Source: Candidatus Uhrbacteria bacterium GW2011_GWC2_41_11 (GTDB lineage: Bacteria; Patescibacteriota; Patescibacteriia; UBA9934; GWF2-40-263). Taken from it: a stretch of DNA of 64,000 nucleotides. A program made the position numbers and the translations under genes. Positions within the stretch are counted from its first letter, which is position 1; the number at the start of each line of letters is the position of its first letter. Of this stretch, positions 8,463-19,320 are shown piece after piece. The stretch spans positions 29,703-93,702 of the forward strand of contig LCAH01000002.1 of assembly GCA_000996355.1 (NCBI GenBank), in the 5' to 3' direction. A model generated the notes under the pieces. That model ran no database searches. It saw only the letters and a program-made list of their open reading frames with translations, and was not told where the DNA came from.

Positions 8463-9788
8463 TTAGGTCAGTTCACTGATGGTTTGGACTGATTTTAGAA
8501 GGAGTTGTTTTCCAAAGGGAGATTGTTTTCCTTTTTTAGGGATGACAGCGTTTGTTATTCCAAATCGTACAGCTTCTGCAAGTCGGCGTTCACAATCCGG
8601 AACAGAACGAATTTCTCCTCCGAGTCCGACTTCTCCTATGTACACTGTTGAAATTTGATCTGCAATTCCGGCTGAAGCGGAAACAATGGCAGCACAAACA
8701 GCAAGATCAGCGCCCGGTTCAGAAATTTCTATTCCTCCGATGACGTTCACATAAATATCTTGATCTCCAAGCTGAAGTCCAGCCCGTTTGGAAAGAATGG
8801 CTGAAAGCATTTGAAGACGGTTTACATCGAATCCGGATGCACGTCTGACAGGATTTCCATACAAACTTTTTTCCACAAGCGCCTGAATTTCTACCAAAAA
8901 AATTCTTGAGCCTTCACGTACGGTTGCAATGACAGATCCGGGAACAGATGTTCGTTCAGATAAAAGTCGTTCGGATGGATTTGGCACACAGACAAGACCC
9001 TCTCGTACCATTTCAAATACACCAACTTCTTCCGTTGAACCAAAACGATTTTTTGTGGCACGAAGGAGTCGAAATGCATGAAGAGGATCTCCTTCCAGAG
9101 TGAGAACGATATCGACCAAATGTTCGAGTGTTTTTGGACCGGCAACTGCACCGTCTTTCGTCACCTGACCAATAACAAGGATGGGAATATTTGTTCGTTT
9201 GGCGCATTGGAGGAGCAGGTTGGTTGCGTAACGTACAACATTCGGACTTCCGGCAACTCCTTCCATCTCAGAAGAGGGAATCGTTTGAATAGAATCAATA
9301 ATAGCAAGTGTGGGTTTCATCTTTTCAATAGTTGTACACAATATTTCAACTGGTTCTGATTCCAAATAAACAATATGATCGAACGATCGGTTCAGCCGAC
9401 GAAAACGATCAGAAAGTTGTTGAGCGGATTCTTCTCCGGAAATGTACAGAACGGTTTGATTTGTAGAAGAGGATGGAATATTTCCTGCAAGGGAAGTGAC
9501 AAGAGTTGATTTTCCAATACCCGGTTCACCTGAAAGAAGAAGAATACTTCCGGGGACGATTCCACCTCCAAGAACACGGTCAACTTCTTGATTTCCTGTG
9601 GATGTGCGAATGGTTGTGTGGTCTTTAAGGGTTGATAAAAAAACGCCTGTTTTTGCGGAAACAGATGTTGTTTTTTTTATAGATCCTGGCGAGGAAGTTG
9701 TTTCAAGAAGTGTTCCCCATTTTTCACATTCCGAACAGCGTCCGGCCCATTTGGAAAATTGTGCATCGCAACCTTGGCAAACAAACAT
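8463..9788 (-). CDS. radA: DNA repair protein RadA/Sms
   Basis: N-terminal C4 zinc finger (CQGCDAQFSKWAGRCSECEKWG). RecA-like Walker A GEPGIGKST. C-terminal Lon-protease-like domain. Confidence 0.9.
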   Translation of the reverse strand: MFVCQGCDAQFSKWAGRCSECEKWGTLLETTSSPGSIKKTTSVSAKTGVFLSTLKDHTTIRTSTGNQEVDRVLGGGIVPGSILLLSGEPGIGKSTLVTSLAGNIPSSSTNQTVLYISGEESAQQLSDRFRRLNRSFDHIVYLESEPVEILCTTIEKMKPTLAIIDSIQTIPSSEMEGVAGSPNVVRYATNLLLQCAKRTNIPILVIGQVTKDGAVAGPKTLEHLVDIVLTLEGDPLHAFRLLRATKNRFGSTEEVGVFEMVREGLVCVPNPSERLLSERTSVPGSVIATVREGSRIFLVEIQALVEKSLYGNPVRRASGFDVNRLQMLSAILSKRAGLQLGDQDIYVNVIGGIEISEPGADLAVCAAIVSASAGIADQISTVYIGEVGLGGEIRSVPDCERRLAEAVRFGITNAVIPKKGKQSPFGKQLLLKSVQTISELT

Positions 9789-9789
9789 A

Positions 9790-11112
9790 TTATTCTTCTA
9801 GACACGCGAGCAAATTTCCTCCAACCGGATTCCAACTTACATGCACATGAGGTCCTGATGTATTACCTGCTTGTTCAATTGGTTGACAGCTACAACTTTC
9901 GTTTTTTTCCGGATCCGTGCACATGGTTCCTGTCTTGTTGCACCAACCTCCTTTTGCGGTAGACCAGTCACCGGGTGGACTTTGACCTGCACAACAGTTC
10001 CCTCCAAGATGTCCGATAGTATCTCCTTTTTTTACAGATGTTCCTGATGTTATGTATGTCCCGGATGTATTTGTAAAATCTTTTGCATGACAGATGGTAA
10101 TTTCTGCCCCACTTCCTTTGAGGTAAATGCGGTTTCCACAGCGATTATTTGTGTCTTTTTGTTTTTGGTAGCTTACAATTCCATCAAATGGAGCCTTGAT
10201 TTCTTCTCCCCAAACAGCCGCATAATCAAGATTTTTTATATTTTGAAATTGCCAGTTTGCTCCACTGTCTTCCCAGTGATGTCTCCCGCAATTTGGTCCT
10301 TTGCCTGTCGGAGAACCAAATTTTTGACCCTGAGTCATGTTGCACGTGCCTTGAGATTGTGCTTGTTTTACAACATCCAAACATTGTTTTTTGAGATCTT
10401 TGAGAGAATTTGAGCTGACCCCGCTTCCTTCTTCTCCATCCGCATCTTTATCAAGTTCAACTTCCTGAACGTATTTAATTTTTAATGGTTGGAAAAATAC
10501 TAGAGCTGGATTGATGGTATAGAGAATAATAGTGACAAACATGAGGAGAACAAATCCCGTGACTGCATTGGTCAGTCGTTTTTTTGCTTCACCCACATTT
10601 CCACCGCCGGAACTTGTGACATATTGGACGCCGGCGACCATGATCAATATGACCGTCACAAGCATGGCTACTCCAATGAGAAATTTATATAAACCAGAAA
10701 TGTATTCTCCGATAAAATTAACCTCGAGGTATTGATTTTTCAAAGCAATTTTTGAAAAGGAGATGGTTGGAATATTAATGCCAAGAATCGGGGTGATAAA
10801 ATCAGTTTTTTTATCTTCTGTTGAAGTCGCGGTATCAGTTTTTGTTGAGAGGTTTGCCTGTATACATTGATTTGAAAATTCTTCTTCTTTCTCTGGATCA
10901 TTCGTAATATATTCGGAATTTGCGTAGTTTCGCACGAGTTGTTGAGAACAATTTGCGTCACATGTTGTTTCGTCGTTTGCAGTAAAAATTTCCGTGCAAG
11001 ATCCTTGCTTGTCATAACAAATACAACTGGTGGCTTTGGCAACAAAAGGGAGAGAAAAACTTCCCAAAAAAACAAGAATGAAAAAAGAAGAAAAAAAACG
11101 AATAATAGTCAT
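9790..11112 (-). CDS. Cys-rich exported membrane protein: signal peptide, TM helical hairpin (TrbC/VirB2-like topology) and a C-terminal divergent M23/LytM peptidase-like domain
   Basis: Signal peptide ending AKA. Two hydrophobic helices separated by a short SSGGGNVGEAKK loop. C-terminal HHWED (HxxxD), GEEIKAPFDGIV and SGPHVHV (HxH) in M23 order, with a Cys-rich insertion between the last two. More than 20 Cys. Confidence 0.5.
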   Translation of the reverse strand: MTIIRFFSSFFILVFLGSFSLPFVAKATSCICYDKQGSCTEIFTANDETTCDANCSQQLVRNYANSEYITNDPEKEEEFSNQCIQANLSTKTDTATSTEDKKTDFITPILGINIPTISFSKIALKNQYLEVNFIGEYISGLYKFLIGVAMLVTVILIMVAGVQYVTSSGGGNVGEAKKRLTNAVTGFVLLMFVTIILYTINPALVFFQPLKIKYVQEVELDKDADGEEGSGVSSNSLKDLKKQCLDVVKQAQSQGTCNMTQGQKFGSPTGKGPNCGRHHWEDSGANWQFQNIKNLDYAAVWGEEIKAPFDGIVSYQKQKDTNNRCGNRIYLKGSGAEITICHAKDFTNTSGTYITSGTSVKKGDTIGHLGGNCCAGQSPPGDWSTAKGGWCNKTGTMCTDPEKNESCSCQPIEQAGNTSGPHVHVSWNPVGGNLLACLEE

Positions 11113-11114
11113 AT

Positions 11115-11777
11115 TTATTTTGTTTGAGCGGCAAGAATTTCTCTGACACGTCCGATCAATTCTTCAACGGTGATGAAACCGACCAGTCGTTCTTCTTTCA
11201 AAAAAATGGTTGGAGTTGCGGAAAGAGAAAGAGCTTTCGCTTCTTCAAAATCTTTTTTGACTAAAGGAAGCGTATCGCGATTATCATAGCAACTTTGAAA
11301 TCGGGATGAATCAAGACCGATGTCTTTTGCAATTTGAGGAAAAAGGGTTTCATTCAGAAGAACTTGTTGACCAAATAATTGATCGTGATATTCCCAAAAT
11401 TTTCCCTGTTCACCCGCACAATGGGCTGCAATGGCTGCAGGAGTAGATAAGGGATGAAGAGATTCGTTTGGAGCGTCTTTCCAAACCACTTGAACGTCCG
11501 GAATCGTTCGAAGAAGGACGTCAAGGGATTCTGCAACGTCTCGACAAGGCTCACATTGAAAATCTCCGAATTCAATAATGGTTAGTTTCGGGTCTGTGAG
11601 TGCGCCTTTTTTTGGATTCACAAACGTTACCGTTGGTGTGGAAACGGTTTCCATCGGTTCAGAGGATGTTATTTTCTTTTTTGGAGAGCGAATTGGTTGA
11701 ATGGAAATCCAAAAAAAGAAGAATACAATGCCTGTAACAAAGAAAATACTGAAAAGAGTAAGCCAACGGTGACGCAT
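11115..11777 (-). CDS. Membrane-anchored DsbA-like thiol:disulfide oxidoreductase (thioredoxin fold)
   Basis: N-terminal TM helix. CEPC active-site motif in a DsbA/BdbD-like context (FGDFQCEPCRDV). Confidence 0.75.
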   Translation of the reverse strand: MRHRWLTLFSIFFVTGIVFFFFWISIQPIRSPKKKITSSEPMETVSTPTVTFVNPKKGALTDPKLTIIEFGDFQCEPCRDVAESLDVLLRTIPDVQVVWKDAPNESLHPLSTPAAIAAHCAGEQGKFWEYHDQLFGQQVLLNETLFPQIAKDIGLDSSRFQSCYDNRDTLPLVKKDFEEAKALSLSATPTIFLKEERLVGFITVEELIGRVREILAAQTK

Positions 11778-11788
11778 AATCGAGATTT

Positions 11789-13009
11789 TTATTTCAATTT
11801 GATCGTTTCTAATCGTCCAGAAGATACATTGGTATAAAATAAGGATGCTCCATCTTCGGAAACGCGAAGATTTTCCATAGTCGTATCATTTTCCGGACGA
11901 GCTGTGAGACTTGCACGACCGGTTGAGAGATCTATTTGATAGAGATCATCAGGAGTATTTGAGACCAAAGATCGTTGAAGTCCGGCATTTTCCGGAAGAT
12001 TGCGTGGAACACCGCAGTAGACTGTTGTGTTTGAACTAAACGTGCACTTATCTACCCACGTGGCAATTCCGAGATTTGTTCGATCGTCCCCAATACTGTT
12101 ACTGGAACCGTCAACGGTCCAAAGGGATGGACGGTAGGCATTGGATTCTCCGGAAACTGAATAGAGAAGCATGTCCCCCCGCGGACTCCAAAGAGGACTA
12201 AATCCAATTCCTTCCACAATGAGCCCTTTGAAGTTTTCCTGATTTTTTCCAATGGGGAGAATCATACTGCGACCAAAACCTGCTTGGACATCTCCTGTTT
12301 CCGAGAAAGCAATAACCTGTCGATTTGGAGAAGGACTGATCTGAACTTTGTCTGCATTTTCTCCAAGAGCTTGCACAGCTTGAACATTTGAACCATCTGC
12401 ATTTGAAATAACAAGTGCGCGATTTCCCGGATCTAATCCAATACTTTTGGCAAAAAGTTCTTCCGAGGTTGGAGCAAAGGAAAAATCTTCCCAATGGCGT
12501 GGAAGGGTTGTTTGTTTTTCTGAGGTAAAGTCATACACAACATTTGAACCATCCGGAAATTCAATGGCTGCTTTTTCGCCATTTCGATTCCAAGAAACAG
12601 CTTGTGCGTCTGGAAATTGGTGATCAGAAAGTCGTTTGACGGTTCCGTCCTGGGTAATGGTATAAAATCGACTATCAGCAGGATCGTAATATTGGACATC
12701 TTTTCCATTGCCTGAAAGTGTTGTTGCCTGAACAGCTGAAGTTGTCAGAGTTGTTGTTTTCGTGACTCCTCCTTTGGCCACTTCACTCGCTTTTGGGAGT
12801 AATGTTGGTTCGGTGGAAGTGGTTGTTGGACGAACACCTTCGCCTGCTGTTGGTAACCCTGTGCCAGTTATGTCTACAGCAGGTTGTTCCTCAACGGTTG
12901 CTGCAGGTGGTGGCGAGGCAAAAAAGAATCGATAGAGTAAAAAACCGATTCCGAAAACCGATCCAATAAAGAGAACAACGGCACCTATTTTTTTTATGCG
13001 TTCTGACAT
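11789..13009 (-). CDS. Membrane-anchored PD40/TolB-like beta-propeller protein (hypothetical)
   Basis: N-terminal TM anchor. Pro/Thr-rich linker. Repeated WSPRGD/SPSPN-type beta-propeller motifs. Confidence 0.5.
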   Translation of the reverse strand: MSERIKKIGAVVLFIGSVFGIGFLLYRFFFASPPPAATVEEQPAVDITGTGLPTAGEGVRPTTTSTEPTLLPKASEVAKGGVTKTTTLTTSAVQATTLSGNGKDVQYYDPADSRFYTITQDGTVKRLSDHQFPDAQAVSWNRNGEKAAIEFPDGSNVVYDFTSEKQTTLPRHWEDFSFAPTSEELFAKSIGLDPGNRALVISNADGSNVQAVQALGENADKVQISPSPNRQVIAFSETGDVQAGFGRSMILPIGKNQENFKGLIVEGIGFSPLWSPRGDMLLYSVSGESNAYRPSLWTVDGSSNSIGDDRTNLGIATWVDKCTFSSNTTVYCGVPRNLPENAGLQRSLVSNTPDDLYQIDLSTGRASLTARPENDTTMENLRVSEDGASLFYTNVSSGRLETIKLK

Positions 13010-13012
13010 AGA

Positions 13013-13822
13013 TTAGAGTCCGATATAATTGGCAATAACACCAGAGACTGCACTGCGAAATGCGGAATTCGTGACAAAAAGTAATGGAGCTGCATACGGA
13101 AGGATAACCATCATGAAAACGGCTAAAAAGATGACAACACCAAGAATAAAAACGATAAAATCAAGAACAAGAATTCCAAGATGCAGGATGGTGATGGGAA
13201 TCATTTTTGTGGAAATAGGGAGCGGATCCCAACTATCAAGCGGTTCGATTAAATAATTGAGAGCAGAACCTGTTTTTTTTCCTTCTTTATAATACCAGAA
13301 CATCTCCACATTGAGATACCCAAGGGAAAAGAGATAGACAAAACCAGTTGCAATAATAGCCAGACCACCGGTTCCTGCTGTAATGGCAGTTGCAATCAGA
13401 TTGGCAAGGTAATTAATCCCTCGTTTTATGGCTGTTCTTGCAGCTTTTTTTGTTGCACCTTGGATGGAATTTTCTCCTGTGGCTGCTTGTTGTCTTCGTC
13501 TTGCTGCGAGTATTTCAGATTGGAAACGAGCATAACGATCTTGCTCCGGAGCTAGTTGTGTTTCAGATTCTTCTGGAGAAAGATCATTATTTGTTGATTT
13601 TCTGGCAGCTGTTTGTGATAGTTCAGGTCTTCTGTTTTGGATATCATGCATTTGATTTTGCCGAAATCGAGTGGCACGGTCGTATTCTTGATTATTGAAT
13701 GCGGGAGGAATATTTTTGCCTGATCTCGGAATGCTTCCGGCAACAGAAAAACGGCCCCCGCCTGGGGCAGATGACCGTTTTTCATTTAGTGATGATACGG
13801 ATCCGGATGCCATGGCTGACAT
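13013..13822 (-). CDS. Hypothetical integral membrane protein with a disordered N-terminal cytoplasmic region
   Basis: Low-complexity N-terminal ~120 aa, followed by 3-4 hydrophobic helices. Confidence 0.5.
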   Translation of the reverse strand: MSAMASGSVSSLNEKRSSAPGGGRFSVAGSIPRSGKNIPPAFNNQEYDRATRFRQNQMHDIQNRRPELSQTAARKSTNNDLSPEESETQLAPEQDRYARFQSEILAARRRQQAATGENSIQGATKKAARTAIKRGINYLANLIATAITAGTGGLAIIATGFVYLFSLGYLNVEMFWYYKEGKKTGSALNYLIEPLDSWDPLPISTKMIPITILHLGILVLDFIVFILGVVIFLAVFMMVILPYAAPLLFVTNSAFRSAVSGVIANYIGL

Positions 13823-13863
13823 ATATACCGAATAGTATCATTTTTTTTCTTTTTTGGGGATTT

Positions 13864-16401
13864 TTACGAGCGATTTTTTTTTGCTTGTTTTTTGATTTCA
13901 AAATGTTCTCCATTCCAGCCAAGACAGACTATTTTTTCTTCCGGGGAGGTGAGAAGATGATCGGCAAGAAGGGATTCTATTTCGGTTTGGATAAGGCGAC
14001 GGACTTCACGTGCACGCAGTTTGCTTTTTTGTGCTTCGGAAGCAATGTGTTCTGTGACAGACAAAGACCAGGACAAAATAGATCCTTGTTCGTGCAGACG
14101 TTTTGCCAGTTCTTCTAATTGTTTTTCCGTTATTTTTTGTAAGTGTTCCTCGGTTAATCGTTCAAAAATACAGACATGATCAATACGATTGATGAGTTCT
14201 GGTCGAAAGCGTTCTTCAAGAGCTTTCCGTATTTCTTCTTGTTTTCCAGTTATTCCTTCTTTCTCGTCAAAGGCGAATCCCAAATGTCCTCCTTCCATTT
14301 GATCAGATCCGACATTTGATGTGAGAATGACAATCGCGTGTCGGAAACTGACTGGACGTCCTGTTGCATCAGCAATTTCTCCATTTTCTAAAATTTGAAG
14401 AAGCAGATTTTGAACATCTGTGTGTGCTTTTTCAAATTCATCAAAGAGAATAACGGCATAGGGTCGTTGTTTTATTTGGTCTGTAAGTTTGGCTGGTTCA
14501 CGATATCCAACATATCCGGCTGGAGATCCAAGAAGTTTTGAAACCGCATATCCTTCCGCAAATTCTGACATGTCCAGACGGATGAGCGCGCGAGGATTTT
14601 GGAAAACGGTTTCTGCAACCGTACGCGCGAGTTCGGTTTTTCCCACTCCGGATGGACCGAGAAAGAGAAAAGAGGCAAGCGGGCGGCTTGATTGATTGAT
14701 GCCTGCGTGCGCTCGCCGAATGGATTCAGCAACACGTCGAACAGCCATATCTTGTCCGATTACCTGTTTTTGAATGAAGGATTCAAGAGAAAGCAAACGT
14801 TCGCGTTCATGATGGGATAATTCTGAAAGAGGAATATGGGTAAGACGGGAAACAATTTCAATGATCTGTTGTTCGTCAACTGTTAAAAGTTCGGAAGGAG
14901 GAGATGCCTGTTCCCATTGTTTACATGTTTCCTGAAGATGTTGTTCTTGTTTTTTGAGAGAGAGAGCTTGGGTAAAATTTTCTGTCCGGACCGCCTCGCG
15001 TTTTTGTTCACGGATGCGTTCCAGTTCTCGATGGGCAGCACGCATACGGTCATTTTGAGACGGATGCTGAGTACGGACACGGACCGATGCGGCAGCTTCG
15101 TCAATAAGATCAATAGCCTTGTCTGGAAAGCGTTTGTCTGAAAGATAGCGTCCGGAAAGTCGAACAGCTGCTTGAAGGGCTGTGTCTGTAAATTGAACCT
15201 GATGAAAAGATGTATAAGATGGTGCAATTCCTTGGAGAATATGAAGGGTATCTTCTGCAGATGGTTCTTCGATCACAACGGTCTGGAAACGACGTTCGAG
15301 TGCGGCGTCTGTTTCCATGTGTTTTTTAAACTCTGCGTGGGTCGTTGCTCCAATGCATCGAAGTTCACCTCGTGCCAGAGCCGGTTTTAACATGTTTGCC
15401 GCATCCAAAGAACCTGAAGCAGAGCCAGCGCCCACAATCATGTGAATCTCATCAATGAAGAGAATGATTTCTTCATTTGTTTTTGCTTCTTCAATAATCT
15501 GACGCAGTCGGGCTTCAAATTCTCCACGATACATCGTTCCCGCAATCGCCATAGCAAGATCAAGAGCAATGATTCGTTTCCCTTGAAGAGCCGCAGGAAC
15601 GGTTCCTTCGGCAATTTTTTTTGCCAATCCTTCCACAATTGCGCTTTTTCCAACACCAGGTTCACCCAAGAGAAGGGGATTATTTTTTGTACGTCGACAC
15701 AGAATTTCCATGACCCGTTGAACTTCTTTTTCTCGTCCAATAAGAGGATCAATGCGAGCCTGCATGTTTTGAGAGGTGAGATCACGTCCAAAAAAATCCA
15801 GAGCCGGTGTTTTTCGTTCTGGTTCTTCAGGTTCAGACTCCTCGGGTTCTTCATTGAAAAATGCGGTTTCTGATCCTGTTTTTTCTTTTGGGACTTCATG
15901 AATCATACCGGCAAGTTCAGGAAATTTTGATGCGGTTTTCAAAACCAAAGAAAGGTGCTGACGTAATTCAGGAATGACAATTTTTTCCGCATGGAAGAAT
16001 TGTTCGATTTTTGGATCGTGAATATGAATGAGACCTGAAAGAAGATGTTCGGTTCCCACATAGGTATGTTCGTGCACACTGGCAGCAAGAACAGCTTTTT
16101 CAATGGCACGTTTTGCATTGACAGAAAGTTGCGGAACATCATTTGGATGTTTTTCTTTTGTGATTTTTTTTGATGAACGCATTTTTGGAATCGAAAAATT
16201 TGCCAGTGTACGCAAATGAGATTGTTTGATCTGAGTTTTTCGGAGAACTTCTGCCGCAATAGATCCTTTTTCTGTTCCAAGTGCCCAGAGCAAATGTTCT
16301 GGTTCGACTTGTGCTTTCTGTTGTTCAACCGCAAGACACAACGCACGTGTGAGAGTGTTTTTCAAATGAGTGGTAAATTTTTCGACAATATGTTGATCCA
16401 T
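13864..16401 (-). CDS. clpC: Clp/Hsp100 AAA+ chaperone, ClpC-like (two Clp_N repeats, two AAA+ modules, short middle linker)
   Basis: 845 aa. Walker [16 protein letters not shown] and a second [11 protein letters not shown]. Short inter-NBD linker rather than a long ClpB M-domain. Confidence 0.85.
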   Translation of the reverse strand: MDQHIVEKFTTHLKNTLTRALCLAVEQQKAQVEPEHLLWALGTEKGSIAAEVLRKTQIKQSHLRTLANFSIPKMRSSKKITKEKHPNDVPQLSVNAKRAIEKAVLAASVHEHTYVGTEHLLSGLIHIHDPKIEQFFHAEKIVIPELRQHLSLVLKTASKFPELAGMIHEVPKEKTGSETAFFNEEPEESEPEEPERKTPALDFFGRDLTSQNMQARIDPLIGREKEVQRVMEILCRRTKNNPLLLGEPGVGKSAIVEGLAKKIAEGTVPAALQGKRIIALDLAMAIAGTMYRGEFEARLRQIIEEAKTNEEIILFIDEIHMIVGAGSASGSLDAANMLKPALARGELRCIGATTHAEFKKHMETDAALERRFQTVVIEEPSAEDTLHILQGIAPSYTSFHQVQFTDTALQAAVRLSGRYLSDKRFPDKAIDLIDEAAASVRVRTQHPSQNDRMRAAHRELERIREQKREAVRTENFTQALSLKKQEQHLQETCKQWEQASPPSELLTVDEQQIIEIVSRLTHIPLSELSHHERERLLSLESFIQKQVIGQDMAVRRVAESIRRAHAGINQSSRPLASFLFLGPSGVGKTELARTVAETVFQNPRALIRLDMSEFAEGYAVSKLLGSPAGYVGYREPAKLTDQIKQRPYAVILFDEFEKAHTDVQNLLLQILENGEIADATGRPVSFRHAIVILTSNVGSDQMEGGHLGFAFDEKEGITGKQEEIRKALEERFRPELINRIDHVCIFERLTEEHLQKITEKQLEELAKRLHEQGSILSWSLSVTEHIASEAQKSKLRAREVRRLIQTEIESLLADHLLTSPEEKIVCLGWNGEHFEIKKQAKKNRS

Positions 16402-16407
16402 AGATAA

Positions 16408-17301
16408 TTAACGTCCCATGTTACGTAAACGAGCAATACGTTCCTCAATAGGTGGGTGTGTGCTGAAGAATTGTTCAAATTTTTTTGTCACATGCGGGTC
16501 AAACGGATTAGCAAGAAAGAGATGAGCGGTGGCGTGATTCGCGTGGGCGAGCGGTCGATCATATGTGGCAATTTTTTCCAAGGCGTTTGCAAGACCATCC
16601 GGATAACGCGTGAGAAGAGCTCCAGAAGCATCCGCAAGATATTCGCGTCGTCGACTGACTGCGAGTTTGATGAGTTCAGCAAACAAAGGAGAGAGAACCG
16701 CAAGAGCAAGACCAACGATAAAAAGAATGAGAGTGAATTGATTAGATCCTTCTTCAGAGTCTCGTCTGCGAAAGAATGTCATGCGTAAAAACCAATCAGA
16801 AAAAAGTACAACCACACCCACAAGAACAACCACAATGGTCATGAGGCGAACATCGTAATTTTTTACATGGGAAAGTTCATGGGCAATCACTCCTTCTAAT
16901 TCTGTTGGTTCCATGATTTCGAGCAGGCCAGTTGTGACCGCAAGAGAGGCGTGGGCAGGATCACGGCCTGTGGCAAAGGCGTTTGGAGACGGATCTGACA
17001 TGACATAAATTTTTGGGGTGGCGAGTCCTCCAGCAATCGCAAGATTTTCAACGGTTCGATAGAGTACAGGATTGTCTCGTTGTTCGATGGGTTGGGCACC
17101 TGAAACCGCAAGCGCAACCGCGTCTCCTTTGTAATATCCGATGAGAGTCATGACGACAGAGACAAACAACGCAATGATCATTCCTTCGATGGGGTAATCC
17201 ACTTGTGCGCCAAAGGCGAATCCAATAAGAACAATGAGGACGGAAAAAAGTCCAATTAAAATAACGGTATGGCGTTTGTTCGCGGCAATTTCGGAATACA
17301 T
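16408..17301 (-). CDS. htpX: Membrane zinc metalloprotease HtpX (M48)
   Basis: TM helices. HELSHV (HExxH) motif. Typical HtpX length. Confidence 0.85.
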   Translation of the reverse strand: MYSEIAANKRHTVILIGLFSVLIVLIGFAFGAQVDYPIEGMIIALFVSVVMTLIGYYKGDAVALAVSGAQPIEQRDNPVLYRTVENLAIAGGLATPKIYVMSDPSPNAFATGRDPAHASLAVTTGLLEIMEPTELEGVIAHELSHVKNYDVRLMTIVVVLVGVVVLFSDWFLRMTFFRRRDSEEGSNQFTLILFIVGLALAVLSPLFAELIKLAVSRRREYLADASGALLTRYPDGLANALEKIATYDRPLAHANHATAHLFLANPFDPHVTKKFEQFFSTHPPIEERIARLRNMGR

Positions 17302-17302
17302 G

Positions 17303-17854
17303 TTAGAAGCTTACTTTTGGAGGCTCGGCAGCGATATCAGGTGCATCGTAGAATTCTCGTTTCGAGAATCCGAATGTGCCAGCCATTAAATTTGTTGGAA
17401 ATACCTGGAGTTTTATGTTGAAGTCGCGGACATTTCCATTGTAAAAGCGGCGAGCAGCTTGAATTTTATCTTCCGCATCAGTGAGATTGTGTTGAAGATC
17501 GAGGAAATTTTGCCCAGCTTGAAGTTGTGGATATGCTTCAGCGACGGCAAAAAGAGATTTTAAGGTTGAAGAGAGAACATTTTCTGTTTCTGCATGCTCA
17601 GCTGGGGTTTTAGCAGACATGGCTGCATTTCGAGCTTCTGTTACCTTTGTAAACACCCCTTCTTCATGTTTGGCATACCCACGAACAGTTTCCACCAGAT
17701 TTGGAATAAGATCATACCTACGTTTTAGCTGAACCTCAATATCAGACCACGCTTCTTCTACATGGTTATGAGATTGAACGAGAGAATTGTATGTGAGGAT
17801 AAACCATCCAATCACCGCGAGAATAGCAAGAAGGATAATGAAGAGAAAAGGCAT
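17303..17854 (-). CDS. lemA: LemA family membrane protein
   Basis: N-terminal TM. Conserved LemA block (YNSLV...EAWSDIEVQLKRRYDLIPNLVETVRGYA). A LemA-HtpX pairing is common. Confidence 0.8.
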   Translation of the reverse strand: MPFLFIILLAILAVIGWFILTYNSLVQSHNHVEEAWSDIEVQLKRRYDLIPNLVETVRGYAKHEEGVFTKVTEARNAAMSAKTPAEHAETENVLSSTLKSLFAVAEAYPQLQAGQNFLDLQHNLTDAEDKIQAARRFYNGNVRDFNIKLQVFPTNLMAGTFGFSKREFYDAPDIAAEPPKVSF

Positions 17855-17937
17855 AAAAAAGAAGAGAATAAGTAGAATTTGAAAAGAAAATACGATATAG
17901 TTACCTTATCATTTTTCTTCTAAATGTCAACGATTTT

Positions 17938-19305
17938 ATGCAAATTCCTCGACATATTTTTAAAGCCTATGATGTGCGTGGTTTAATTGATTCAGAAATT
18001 ACTCCTCTTTTAGCAGAATCCATTGGTCGTGCCTTTGCTGTTTTGTTGCGACGAGAAAGTCCAGGAAAGGAACTCACATTCGCTGTGGGGCGTGACATGC
18101 GTCCGAATTCTTTGGAGCTTCAATCCTCGATCATAAAAGGAATAAGAGAAAGCGGTGTGCATGTTTTGGATATCGGACTTGTTTCAACACCAGCGTTTTA
18201 TTTTTCGGTTGGATATCTGAAAGCAGATGGAGGAGTTATGATCTCCGCTTCTCATAATTCTACTGTATATAATGGATTTAAATTTGTTCGGGCTCATGCT
18301 ATTCCTGTGAGTGGGGATACAGGAATTCAAGATATTGCAAATATTGTAGAGCAGGAAGCATTTGTTTTTGCAGAACAACAGGGAAGGATAAAAACGATTT
18401 TGGAAATCCCCGAACGTGCAGCAGAGGCAGAAATAGATTTTGCGGGTCAAGATTCGATTCGTTCACTTAAAATCGTTGCAGACAGTGCGAATGGAATGGG
18501 TGCTCAATATTTGGATGAATTATTTAAACGAATTCCGTGCGACCCAATACGTCTCTTTTGGAATTTTGATGGAATGTTTCCAAACCACGAACCAAATCCG
18601 TTAAAAGAAGAGAATGTAAAACAGTTGAAAGCAGCTGTTTGTGACAGACAGGCTGACATAGGAATTGCAACAGATGGAGATGGGGATCGTATTTTTTTTG
18701 TTGATGATCAAGGACAAGTGGTTGAACCAGCAATCTTGCGCGGATTGCTTGCACAAATCATGTTGCGTCGTTTTCCAGGAGCCACCGTTTGTTATGATGT
18801 GCGACCAGGAAAAGTGACGGAAGATATGATTTTGGAAGCAGGCGGACGTCCACTTGTGACACGTGTTGGTCATTCATTTATGAAGGAACAGATGCGTAAA
18901 GTTGATGCCGTATTTGGCGGAGAATCGTCCGGACATTTTTTTTATCGATTTCCAATAGGTGTGTTTGAAGGACCGCTTACGGTCACTGTTCATCTTTTGC
19001 AAGAGATGACAAAACAAAGAAAAACATTATCTGAACTCGTTGCTCCGTATAAGAAGTACGCACATTCTGGAGAATTAAATTTTCGCGTATCAGATAAAGA
19101 GATAGTTTTGCAACAATTGAAAGAACACTTTGCAGATGGAGTAATTTCTGAATTAGATGGAGTGACGGTGACGTATCCAAATTTTTGGTTCAATGTTCGA
19201 GCCTCGAATACAGAATCACTTGTGCGTTTAAATGTAGAAGCACTGAATCCAGAGGTGATGGAAGAGAAAAAAAAGGAAGTGGTGGAAATTCTTGAGCGTT
19301 CCTGA
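17938..19305 (+). CDS. Alpha-D-phosphohexomutase (phosphoglucomutase/phosphomannomutase/GlmM family)
   Basis: Active-site loop SASHNS (variant of SASHNP). Metal-binding DGDGDR. 455 aa. Confidence 0.75.
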   Translation: MQIPRHIFKAYDVRGLIDSEITPLLAESIGRAFAVLLRRESPGKELTFAVGRDMRPNSLELQSSIIKGIRESGVHVLDIGLVSTPAFYFSVGYLKADGGVMISASHNSTVYNGFKFVRAHAIPVSGDTGIQDIANIVEQEAFVFAEQQGRIKTILEIPERAAEAEIDFAGQDSIRSLKIVADSANGMGAQYLDELFKRIPCDPIRLFWNFDGMFPNHEPNPLKEENVKQLKAAVCDRQADIGIATDGDGDRIFFVDDQGQVVEPAILRGLLAQIMLRRFPGATVCYDVRPGKVTEDMILEAGGRPLVTRVGHSFMKEQMRKVDAVFGGESSGHFFYRFPIGVFEGPLTVTVHLLQEMTKQRKTLSELVAPYKKYAHSGELNFRVSDKEIVLQQLKEHFADGVISELDGVTVTYPNFWFNVRASNTESLVRLNVEALNPEVMEEKKKEVVEILERS

Positions 19306-19320
19306 TACTATGCCCGACGT

